DNA from: Candidatus Vogelbacteria bacterium
GTDB lineage: Bacteria > Patescibacteriota > Minisyncoccia > Phycocordibacterales > UBA12445
Reading direction: 5' to 3'
DNA: 44,231 nt
Assembly (NCBI GenBank): GCA_016201465.1
Contig: JACQCV010000032.1
Location: forward strand, 1 to 44,231
Notes under the pieces: generated by a model
Databases searched by the model: none
What the model was told of the DNA's origin: nothing
Seen by the model: only the letters and a program-made list of their open reading frames with translations
Shown here: piece by piece, positions 35,128-42,742 of the stretch
How the letters are laid out: every line of letters starts with the position of its first letter
Position numbering within the stretch: position 1 is the stretch's first letter
Program-made: the position numbers and the translations under genes

Positions 35128-36252
35128 ATGCACGAAAAGACCAAGATTTTATACGTCATCACTAAATCCAACTGGGGCGGGGCGCAAAAATACATTTTTG
35201 AGCTTGCGATAAATCTGCCCAAAGATAAATTCGACGTCGCGGTTGTACTAGGGGGTAACGGGGTCTTAGCAGGTAAGCTTCAAAAAGAACATATAAAAAC
35301 AATCAACTTACCTAGTTTAGAACGGGATATAAACTTTTTTAGGGAGTTTATTGTCTTATTCGATTTAATTAAAATTTTTAGACATGAGAAGCCAAATATT
35401 ATTCACCTCAACAGCTCCAAAATAGGCGGCCTGGGATCCCTCGCCGGCCGCATTTACCCTCTACTAAAAAACAGACGCTCAACCCCAAACCCTAAGATAG
35501 TTTTCACTGCCCACGGATTCGCCTTTAATGAGGATAGACCAAAAATTGTAAAAATGATCCTGTTCATACTGAACTACATTACGATACTCTGGAGTCATAA
35601 AGTTATTATCATCAACGAACATGAATTGAACCAAGTTAAGAGTTTACCGTTTATTCAGAGAAAACTCGAACTTATACATCTAGGTGTTCGGCCAATCACT
35701 GGATTAAGAGTCAATAAAGATATTGGCAGCCCAGTTGCAATTGGCACAATATCAGAACTTACAAAAAATAAGGGGCTTCAATATGTAATAGAGGCTATCG
35801 CTAGATTAAAAAATAAAAATATTACGTTTACTATCATTGGCGAAGGCGAAGAAAGAAATCATTTAACATCGTTAATTTATCAAAATAATATTGCCGACAA
35901 GGTGCAATTACTTGGATTCAAAGAAAGCGCAACCTCATATTTAAATCTTTTCGACATCTTTACTCTCACATCGGTAAAAGAGGGACTTCCCTACTCTATC
36001 CTCGAGGCTGGACTCGCCGGACTCCCGGTTGTCGCATCAAATGTCGGGGGTATTGGAGAAATAATTAAAAAAGACAAATCCGGAATTTTTGTTGAGCCTA
36101 AATATGTCGAGCTAATTGTTGTGGCCTTATCACAGCTCATCGATAGTCCAACACTTAGAAAAACTTTCGGCCAAAATCTCAAAAAAACAGTTGAGCAAAA
36201 ATTCTCTATCGAGCAAATGATCGAGAAGACAAAGGCATTGTACGAAAAGTAA
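35128..36252 (+). CDS. Glycosyltransferase family 4 (GT-B, GT1/GT4)
   Basis: 374 aa with a C-terminal EX7E region SVKEGLPYSILEAGLAGLPVVASNVGGIGEII. Confidence 0.85.
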   Translation: MHEKTKILYVITKSNWGGAQKYIFELAINLPKDKFDVAVVLGGNGVLAGKLQKEHIKTINLPSLERDINFFREFIVLFDLIKIFRHEKPNIIHLNSSKIGGLGSLAGRIYPLLKNRRSTPNPKIVFTAHGFAFNEDRPKIVKMILFILNYITILWSHKVIIINEHELNQVKSLPFIQRKLELIHLGVRPITGLRVNKDIGSPVAIGTISELTKNKGLQYVIEAIARLKNKNITFTIIGEGEERNHLTSLIYQNNIADKVQLLGFKESATSYLNLFDIFTLTSVKEGLPYSILEAGLAGLPVVASNVGGIGEIIKKDKSGIFVEPKYVELIVVALSQLIDSPTLRKTFGQNLKKTVEQKFSIEQMIEKTKALYEK

Positions 36253-36413
36253 AATACTCTGTGCAATACAAAAACTCACTTCAATAACTCCGCGGCCGCG
36301 GAAAAAGTGAAACGAACATTGACATAACTATCAACTGTGTGCTAGTATTATCCCAGAAAATCTTGCATAATTGAAAACCAAAAAACCGTAATACGCACTG
36401 AAGGGAGCTTTAA

Positions 36414-37379
36414 ATGAACTTCGATATTGAGAAACATACAATTCTACGGCTTGTGCACGGGTCACACGCGTACAGAACCAACACCCCAGACAGCGATATG
36501 GATCTCCGAGGAGTAGCAATTCCCCCAGAGCCGTACTTCCTAGGGTTCCACAGTATCTTCGAGCAGAATATTGTCGGTCAAAATGGATCTGATGAAGATA
36601 CCGTCATATACGATATCCGCAAGTTTTTCAAACTTGCTGTCGATTGCAATCCGAACGTCATCGAACTTCTGTATGTCCCGGATCGATGCATCCAGTTCGC
36701 AACTACAATCGGTGAGAAGATACTGGCCAACCGTGACCTATTTTTGTCGCAGAAAGCCAAGTTCAAGTTCTCTGGATTCGCCATGGCGCAAATGAAGAGG
36801 ATGAAGACTCACCGTGGATGGCTTCTATCGCCACCAAACCACGAGCCTACTCGCGCCGAGTACGGACTCGGGCCAAATCCCGAACTCTCACCTGTTGTTC
36901 GTGAGGCAATTAAATTGTTAATCAAAAGTAATATTGATCTCTCTCGAATTCTCAAGGAAGAGGCAGTTGAAGCCTACAAAAAGGAGAGGGCTTACCACAA
37001 CTCAGTCGAAACATGGAGCCACTTCCTCAAGTGGAGAAGCGAAAGAAACCCCGCTAGAGCTAAACTCGAGGCTAAGTTCGGCTATGACACAAAAGATGCA
37101 ATGCATCTAGTTCGCGTCATGCGGATGGCTAAAGAGATCATCCTAACCGGCAAAGTTCTCGTAGAGAGACCTGACAGAGAGGAACTTCTCGCAATCAAGC
37201 ACGGCGCCTGGAAGTACGAAGAGATCCTTGGGTGGGCTGATAAACACGACACTGAAATCAATGAGATCTACGACGACCCGGCGCGTAACTGTGTTCTACC
37301 CCACACTGCGAACATGAACAAGCTTGAGAATCTCTGCGTCGAGCTCAACAAGGAATTCTTGGATTTCAAGAAGGTGTAA
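36414..37379 (+). CDS. Pol-beta-superfamily nucleotidyltransferase (COG3541 / PF10127-like)
   Basis: 321 aa. HGSHAYRTNTPDSDMDLRGV gives the GS..(n)..DxD NTase motif. C-terminal helical domain KDAMHLVRVMRMAKEIILTGKV as in this family. AAGGGAG SD. Confidence 0.75.
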   Translation: MNFDIEKHTILRLVHGSHAYRTNTPDSDMDLRGVAIPPEPYFLGFHSIFEQNIVGQNGSDEDTVIYDIRKFFKLAVDCNPNVIELLYVPDRCIQFATTIGEKILANRDLFLSQKAKFKFSGFAMAQMKRMKTHRGWLLSPPNHEPTRAEYGLGPNPELSPVVREAIKLLIKSNIDLSRILKEEAVEAYKKERAYHNSVETWSHFLKWRSERNPARAKLEAKFGYDTKDAMHLVRVMRMAKEIILTGKVLVERPDREELLAIKHGAWKYEEILGWADKHDTEINEIYDDPARNCVLPHTANMNKLENLCVELNKEFLDFKKV

Positions 37380-37416
37380 TAATTACGATCCAGATCTAAA
37401 GGAAGGTGTGTCTAAA

Positions 37417-37998
37417 ATGAAAAAATGGCTAAGATCCATAAGCCCAACTCAAATGTCGGAAACAGTATGGTTCGCCCTTATGGGGCTTGCGACGGTGGGA
37501 TCAATAACGTGGCTTTATCTTCTGCTTTTCGTAAACCCAACAGTAGCTTTGATCGTCTACCTCACAGCCGTCTTATTCAACTTCGGCCTACTGTACATTG
37601 ACTCCCACAGGCCGGCAGAAATTACGATCACTTTCGGAAGCGGCCCGGATCCTGTTGCATACCTTTTCTGTTTCGCCATGTGTATAGTGGCTCCGATCGG
37701 CCTCGTGGTAATAGGTACCAGTGCTGCCTACGCTATTCATTACAGATTCTTCGGGATGCGCCTTGACGAACGAATGACGGTGACCAAGAAAGTTCAATCA
37801 AATCCTACCATTGCGCTAAGCTGCAAATCAGGATACCCAGAGAATAGTCGCTGCCAAAGTGATAAAATCCTGAGCGAACTCAGTATCGGACGTTCTGTTG
37901 GTGGGCCGGATATTGTCGCTGAATGTCACGAATGTAGATGCGGCTGGTTCATCGCATTTGATCACGAAGATCTCATGTACAAACACCGAGACGATTAG
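37417..37998 (+). CDS. Membrane protein (3-4 TM) with C-terminal Cys/His cluster
   Basis: Start reset to ATG 37417 (AAGGAAGG upstream). Hydrophobic helices in the first ~115 aa. C-terminal CKSG..C..ECHECRCGWFIAFDHED. Confidence 0.6.
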   Translation: MKKWLRSISPTQMSETVWFALMGLATVGSITWLYLLLFVNPTVALIVYLTAVLFNFGLLYIDSHRPAEITITFGSGPDPVAYLFCFAMCIVAPIGLVVIGTSAAYAIHYRFFGMRLDERMTVTKKVQSNPTIALSCKSGYPENSRCQSDKILSELSIGRSVGGPDIVAECHECRCGWFIAFDHEDLMYKHRDD

Positions 37999-38015
37999 CT
38001 CGTAACAAATACTAA

Positions 38016-38052
38016 CCCCCCCCTGGCAATTTGCCAGGGGGGCTCTTTTTTT
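38016..38052 (+). terminator. Strong Rho-independent terminator
   Basis: 12-bp stem CCCCCCTGGCAA/TTGCCAGGGGGG followed by CTCTTTTTTT. Confidence 0.85.
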
Positions 38053-38126
38053 ATTGTGTACTCTTGACTCAAAGACACCAATATGATTATATTGTCACAG
38101 AAAAAGGGATCTGAAAGGAGATCTAA

Positions 38127-38912
38127 ATGAAACTTAAAATTGGAACATATAACATTGCTCACGGTAGAGGCACAGCCAAAAGTAATTGGAGCGGCGGGAC
38201 ACTCAATGAGAGAGGACTGCGGCTCGAAGAGATCGCGAAAGTGATCATGCCATTGGATATCGTAATCCTAAACGAAGTAGACTTTGCCGCCCCGTGGTCA
38301 TGGTGGATACAGAATCAGGCAGATATCTTAAAGAATTTTGCCAGATTCAACTATATGGCCACGGCCATGAACAACCGAATTATCTGGCACTCCGGACTGG
38401 CGATCCTAAGCAAGTATCCAATCATTAACAGTGAAGTTATCAGGCTTCCTCAATACTTTAAGTGGTGGACTTCAGTTGGATACCGCAAGGACGCACTCTC
38501 AGCAACTGTCCAATTACCGAGCGGTCAGCAGATCAAAATTATTGCTGTGCATCTAGATTATCACAGCGACTCAACAGTCAGGCGACCCTCGGCAGAAATC
38601 CTAATTGATTACGCAAAAAAACAAACGATCCCCGTTATCATGGCCGGAGACTTCAACAACGTTCCGACAGGATTCCCTGGACTGCGCGACGAGCCACCAA
38701 CAGCACTAGACGTAATTCGTGAAAGCAGGCTCTTCAATTACCGGCCGATCGTAAATCCCACGGCCGAACAGATGACATTTCACTCACTCAACCCCTGGCT
38801 GGTGATCGACTGGATTTTTACTCCAAAGAACTGGCAGGTTGTCGAATACAAAGCTATCGACACTAGTCTATCAGACCATAAGCCTGTCATCGCAGAAGTT
38901 GAAATAGTATAA
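38127..38912 (+). CDS. Endonuclease/exonuclease/phosphatase (EEP) family protein, no signal peptide, paralog 1
   Basis: 261 aa with IGTYNIAHGRG, IVILNEVDF, AVHLD, MAGDFNN and LSDHKPV. AAAGGAG SD. Confidence 0.8.
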   Translation: MKLKIGTYNIAHGRGTAKSNWSGGTLNERGLRLEEIAKVIMPLDIVILNEVDFAAPWSWWIQNQADILKNFARFNYMATAMNNRIIWHSGLAILSKYPIINSEVIRLPQYFKWWTSVGYRKDALSATVQLPSGQQIKIIAVHLDYHSDSTVRRPSAEILIDYAKKQTIPVIMAGDFNNVPTGFPGLRDEPPTALDVIRESRLFNYRPIVNPTAEQMTFHSLNPWLVIDWIFTPKNWQVVEYKAIDTSLSDHKPVIAEVEIV

Positions 38913-38918
38913 ACACTA

Positions 38919-38954
38919 ATCCCCATAACGACAATATCGGCATGGGGATCTTTC
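38919..38954 (+). terminator. Hairpin terminator (weak T-run)
   Basis: ATCCCCAT/ATGGGGAT stem with a 15-nt loop, then CTTTC. Confidence 0.45.
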
Positions 38955-39062
38955 ATGACATCTAGCTACTATTGACTTTAGCCTATACATCTGCTTCTAT
39001 TAGATTGTAGGGGGTAGTTCTTTAAAAAAATCAACAAATATTGAAAAAACGGAGGTTATTCG

Positions 39063-39839
39063 GTGAGAGTCAAAATTGGTACCTACAACATTGCGCATGG
39101 GTGCGGAGTAGCTTCAAATAGGTGGCAAGGTGGTAGTATGAGTCATCGATCATATCGGTTGATGGCAATTGCTGCTCTGATCAAAGACATGGATGTAGTG
39201 GTTCTGAACGAAGCTGACTTCAGTGCGCCCTGGTCATTCTGGATACACAATCACGAAACGATAATGAAAGGGCTCGCGGATTTCAAATACAGTATGTCTG
39301 TGGAAAATAGCACAGTTGGCTGGCAATCGGGCAATGTGATTCTCAGCCGGTATCCACTCAGTAACAGAGAAATTATTGCCCTTCCACAGCATTCACCAGT
39401 GGCAGGTTTCCGAAGAGACGCCCTCGCTGCGACGGTAACACCACCGAACGGTAAGGCCTTCAAAATTGTCGCGGTTCACCTGGACTGGCACTCGTTTTCT
39501 CGAGTACGACGTCTGTCAATTCTTGCACTGTTTAGCTACATGCAAAAACAGACACTACCAGTTGTGATCGCCGGAGACTTCAACTCGACACCTTTCAGTT
39601 TTCCACACTGTCAGGATCTAAATCCAACAGCATTGGATATCATGATTCAAAGTAAAGCATTCATAACTCATCCGATGGTACACCCACTGCCCGAGACACT
39701 AACCTTCCCATCGTATGATCCGAAGCTTGTGCTAGACTGGATCTTTGTTCCTACATTCTGGAAAATCTTAGACTATCGAACTCGAGATGTTCTTTTCTCC
39801 GACCATCGGCCAATCCTTGCCGAATTTGAAACAGGATAG
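39063..39839 (+). CDS. Endonuclease/exonuclease/phosphatase (EEP) family protein, paralog 2 (GTG start)
   Basis: 258 aa, alignable along its full length to 38127-38912 (IGTYNIAHGCG, VVVLNEADF, AVHLD, IAGDFNS, FSDHRPI). GGAGG SD 7 nt before the GTG. Confidence 0.8.
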   Translation: MRVKIGTYNIAHGCGVASNRWQGGSMSHRSYRLMAIAALIKDMDVVVLNEADFSAPWSFWIHNHETIMKGLADFKYSMSVENSTVGWQSGNVILSRYPLSNREIIALPQHSPVAGFRRDALAATVTPPNGKAFKIVAVHLDWHSFSRVRRLSILALFSYMQKQTLPVVIAGDFNSTPFSFPHCQDLNPTALDIMIQSKAFITHPMVHPLPETLTFPSYDPKLVLDWIFVPTFWKILDYRTRDVLFSDHRPILAEFETG

Positions 39840-39857
39840 AGAACGCAGGAAAACCAA

Positions 39858-39891
39858 TCCCCGTGCCAACAAAATTGGCCGGGAATTTTTT
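39858..39891 (+). terminator. Rho-independent terminator
   Basis: CCCGTGCCAA/TTGGCCGGG stem (one bulge) followed by AATTTTTT. Confidence 0.65.
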
Positions 39892-39919
39892 AATCAAAAT
39901 TAATCAGTTTATCAAAAAA

Positions 39920-40300
39920 TTATGAAAAATCTCCAGCTCTTTCTTTTCTAATTTTTCTAACCGCTGAGTACGCCTCCTTCTTAAGTTTCTCAACGCCTTC
40001 TTTATACGAATCAGCAATCTTCCTAATTTCAGGGTTTGCAAAATCCTCGGAGCCAATACCAATGTTCAACACCGCCTCTTCCAAGGATTTTCCACCATCA
40101 CCGTCGGTGATTTTTTTAAGATTCAAATATTCTTCAGATGAAGATAGATTCCTCAATGCTGATTCCTCTAAGGCTCTTTTTACCATACCAGCCACCCACG
40201 CCTTACGAGAATGGCGATCTATTCTATCTGCAGCGACCTGATTTTCTTCATGTATCTGTTCATCTGTCTTTACAGATGCACCAAATAATTTTTCTAACAT
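39920..40300 (-). CDS. Hypothetical helical protein (126 aa)
   Basis: ORF with no recognised family, downstream of the duplicated SEDS 3' end. Confidence 0.5.
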   Translation of the reverse strand: MLEKLFGASVKTDEQIHEENQVAADRIDRHSRKAWVAGMVKRALEESALRNLSSSEEYLNLKKITDGDGGKSLEEAVLNIGIGSEDFANPEIRKIADSYKEGVEKLKKEAYSAVRKIRKERAGDFS

Positions 40301-40352
40301 ATATCTATTTACATTTATTTATAATACCAAAATTATACCCCCCCAACAAATA

Positions 40353-40404
40353 ATCAAACTGGGCCGAAGAATTCGTTTTTCATGTTATCGCGGTGAGTGG
40401 CGCG
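40353..40404. repeat. Left 52-bp direct repeat: orphan copy of the SEDS gene 3' end
   Basis: 49/52 identical to 41638-41689. On the minus strand it encodes RATHRDNMKNEFFGPV* like the real gene end, and the three mismatches are all synonymous. Confidence 0.85.
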
Positions 40405-40406
40405 TA

Positions 40407-40433
40407 ACTGTGCGAGGCTAAGCCTCGCACAGT
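40407..40433. repeat. REP-like hairpin, copy 1
   Basis: ACTGTGCGAGGC-taa-GCCTCGCACAGT, a perfect 12-bp stem abutting the transposase stop codon. Identical to 41163-41189. Confidence 0.85.
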
Positions 40434-41135
40434 TTATACAATAACATCATTTTCAAATGTTAAATCTGCAACTACATCAAAGCTCATATTCTTAAGCCAT
40501 TCTTTCATCTCCCCCTTCTGTCTTAACGGGTTACCTAATATTTCTAACAATAAATCCCTATAAATAATTGACGGATAATTTTTTACACCAATATAATCTA
40601 AATAACTTGACCATCTATATTCATTCAAAAATTTAAAGGCATTATTATAATCTTTAAGTTTTTGTTCACGCCAAGATGGATACGATAGGTCTAAGGGATT
40701 CAGGTGTATATAATATGGCAAATAGTTAAAATAAGCTTCATTTTTTACTGAGATTGCCTTAAACGGTCCCTGAAAAAGTGAGCCGACACGCCTATGTTTC
40801 TTATTAAAATACATTGTATACGCCGTACCAAGTTTATGCATAAAAACAGTGATAGCAGAATCGTTTAGGGGTTCAATTAAAAAATGAAAATGATTTGGCA
40901 TAAGAACAAAAGAATGAATACGAACTAACGACTTGTGTTCAATATCCAGATTCATTGTTTCGTCAAATTCATTTTTGTCCCTGAAACTATTTACCGCTGG
41001 AGCAATATCATTACAAAAATACATACTTCTCAAGAAACGAAATCTATCACCATCGTTCATAAATATATCCCGCTTTTCCACTCCTCGGTTATATATATGG
41101 TAAATCTCACCTTCTACAAAATTTAATTTTCTCAT
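40434..41135 (-). CDS. REP-associated tyrosine transposase (RAYT; IS200/IS605-type Y1 HUH transposase family)
   Basis: Start reset to ATG 41135 (MRKLNFVEGEIYHIYNRG). HUH motif LMPNHFHFLI, catalytic Tyr region LPYYIHLNPL, and RRVGSLFQGPFKA. Confidence 0.85.
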   Translation of the reverse strand: MRKLNFVEGEIYHIYNRGVEKRDIFMNDGDRFRFLRSMYFCNDIAPAVNSFRDKNEFDETMNLDIEHKSLVRIHSFVLMPNHFHFLIEPLNDSAITVFMHKLGTAYTMYFNKKHRRVGSLFQGPFKAISVKNEAYFNYLPYYIHLNPLDLSYPSWREQKLKDYNNAFKFLNEYRWSSYLDYIGVKNYPSIIYRDLLLEILGNPLRQKGEMKEWLKNMSFDVVADLTFENDVIV

Positions 41136-41162
41136 ATCACCTAGTATAACCCATAATACAAA

Positions 41163-41189
41163 ACTGTGCGAGGCTAAGCCTCGCACAGT
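41163..41189. repeat. REP-like hairpin, copy 2
   Basis: Identical 27-nt hairpin 27 nt upstream of the transposase ATG, followed by a partial re-duplication TTGCACAGTT. Confidence 0.85.
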
Positions 41190-41213
41190 TTGCACAGTTG
41201 GCCTTGTCCAAGT

Positions 41214-41432
41214 CTACGAAAAAAGATTTCTGTCTTTATACAACAAAAAGGCGAGGATTGAGTTTACTAATCCAAGAAATACGAAGTTACCAACTAAATC
41301 TATGAGATGTTTTAATGGTGGCAAGGCTATCCATGGAAAGGAAATAAGTAGTGACGGAATTGGGATAAATATTAAAAAGAAAATAATGTGAGCAATCTCA
41401 ACCATATATGCCCATTTTTTAAGACTTCGCAA
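41214..41432 (-). CDS. Small hydrophobic ORF (72 aa, TTG start), possibly a fragment of a decayed membrane-protein gene
   Basis: Two hydrophobic helices. Two further short hydrophobic ORFs in other frames lie just upstream on the minus strand (41433-41612). Confidence 0.35.
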   Translation of the reverse strand: MRSLKKWAYMVEIAHIIFFLIFIPIPSLLISFPWIALPPLKHLIDLVGNFVFLGLVNSILAFLLYKDRNLFS

Positions 41433-41637
41433 CGCAAAAAAACTTTAATATAAAAAATACCGAGTATAATAAATAAAACTTGGTACCATTCATGTAAAGG
41501 TGCGTCAATAATCACGTAATCATCCCACTTAGAAATGCCATGAACATGCAGTCTAAACCCACTAAAAAGGCAAAACCTGACGCAAATTTGATTTTTCCAA
41601 TTGATTGCATGTGATTAAGTAATCATATCTAGCACAA

Positions 41638-41689
41638 ATCAAACTGGGCCGAAGAATTCGTTTTTCATGTTATCGCGATGGGTAGCGCG
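41638..41689. repeat. Right 52-bp direct repeat (functional 3' end of the SEDS gene)
   Basis: See 40353-40404. Confidence 0.85.
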
Positions 41690-42742
41690 GGAGTAGCGAC
41701 GCATGCCCATCAGAATTCCCAGTCCAGCAAATTCTGTAAGTAAGTGTGAGCCGCCATAACTGACAAATGGCAAAGTTATACCTGTTACGGGCAGAAGTCC
41801 AAGATTCATGCCAACATTTATCGTGATATGACTGGTAATAAAAATAGCCAGACCAATACCAAACAAAACTTCAAAATTTGATGAACCGATAAAACTATTG
41901 TATAGAATACGCCAGATAACAATCCCAAAGAAAAAGAGCATAAGGAAGACTCCTGCAAAACCCCACTCTTCGGCAAAGGCGGCAAAGATAAAGTCTGTTT
42001 GATATTCTGGCAAAAATTTAAGATGAGACTGAGTACCATAACCAATCCCTTTCCCAAATATTTGTCCCGAACCAACAGCAATCTGCGATTGAAGAGCATT
42101 ATACCCACCACCTCGCACATCCGCTGATGGATTCATAAAGTTCTCTATTCTTTGCTTCTGGTAGGGTTTAAAAACATATTCCCATAAAACAGTAAATGAT
42201 AAAAGCCCTATCAAAAAAACTAAAAACAAGTGTCTCTTGGAAACACCCGAAACCATCACCATGCCTAGCCAAATACAAAAAATGATAATCGCGGAACCAA
42301 GTGCCGGCTGCAGTAGTATGAGAACGAATGGAATTAATGTATAAATACCCGAGACCAAAATATGTCGAAAATGTGCAATCTCAATATGCCTTCTAGAAAA
42401 ATATTTTGACAAAATCAGAATCAGGACCAGCTTAAAAAAGTCAGCCGGCTGAAGCGAAACCGTGCCCAGGTCAATCCAACTCCGTGCACCCTTAATGCTT
42501 TTCATCATAAATAGTAACGTAAGAAGCGCGGTTGAAAATAAAAAGAGGCCAACCAAAATATCGGTTCTTTTTATAAACCTCCAGTCTATGTAACTAAAAA
42601 TAAGAAAGACAGAGATAGAGACCAGGATCCAGATCAACTGTTTAATCGCAAGAAGGTTATCACCCGTAAATGAGACCATAGTGATAAATCCAAAAAAAAG
42701 CAGGGGCAATAGAGCCAATGCAAGTATCCAGTCAATTTTCAT
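41639..42742 (-). CDS. SEDS-family peptidoglycan glycosyltransferase (FtsW/RodA/SpoVE)
   Basis: 367 aa with 10 TM helices. Motifs are SLQPADFFKLVLILILSKYF, PEYQTDFIFAAFAEEWGFAG and LPFVSYGGSHLL. Confidence 0.9.
   Translation of the reverse strand: MKIDWILALALLPLLFFGFITMVSFTGDNLLAIKQLIWILVSISVFLIFSYIDWRFIKRTDILVGLFLFSTALLTLLFMMKSIKGARSWIDLGTVSLQPADFFKLVLILILSKYFSRRHIEIAHFRHILVSGIYTLIPFVLILLQPALGSAIIIFCIWLGMVMVSGVSKRHLFLVFLIGLLSFTVLWEYVFKPYQKQRIENFMNPSADVRGGGYNALQSQIAVGSGQIFGKGIGYGTQSHLKFLPEYQTDFIFAAFAEEWGFAGVFLMLFFFGIVIWRILYNSFIGSSNFEVLFGIGLAIFITSHITINVGMNLGLLPVTGITLPFVSYGGSHLLTEFAGLGILMGMRRYSRATHRDNMKNEFFGPV

Larger units (their letters stand above)
40405..41637 (-). mobile_element. 1.2-kb insertion carrying a RAYT-type transposase, two REP-like hairpins and decayed membrane-protein ORFs
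   Basis: Bounded by the 52-bp direct repeats, with the content listed separately. The ancestral junction is inferred as SEDS stop followed directly by 40352 and downstream. Confidence 0.6.

Noticed and set aside
36290-36301. Perfect 12-nt palindrome CCGCGGCCGCGG after the GT4 gene, as a possible terminator.
   Set aside because: It would form only a 4-5 bp stem with a 4-nt loop and has no T-run on the plus strand. It may be a protein-binding or restriction-type palindrome, but there is no evidence either way.
41136-41195. N-terminal extension of the transposase ORF (MQTVRGLASHSFVLWVILGD).
   Set aside because: It is a translation of the REP-like hairpin and its flank. Family alignments start near MRKLNFVEGEIYHIYNRG.
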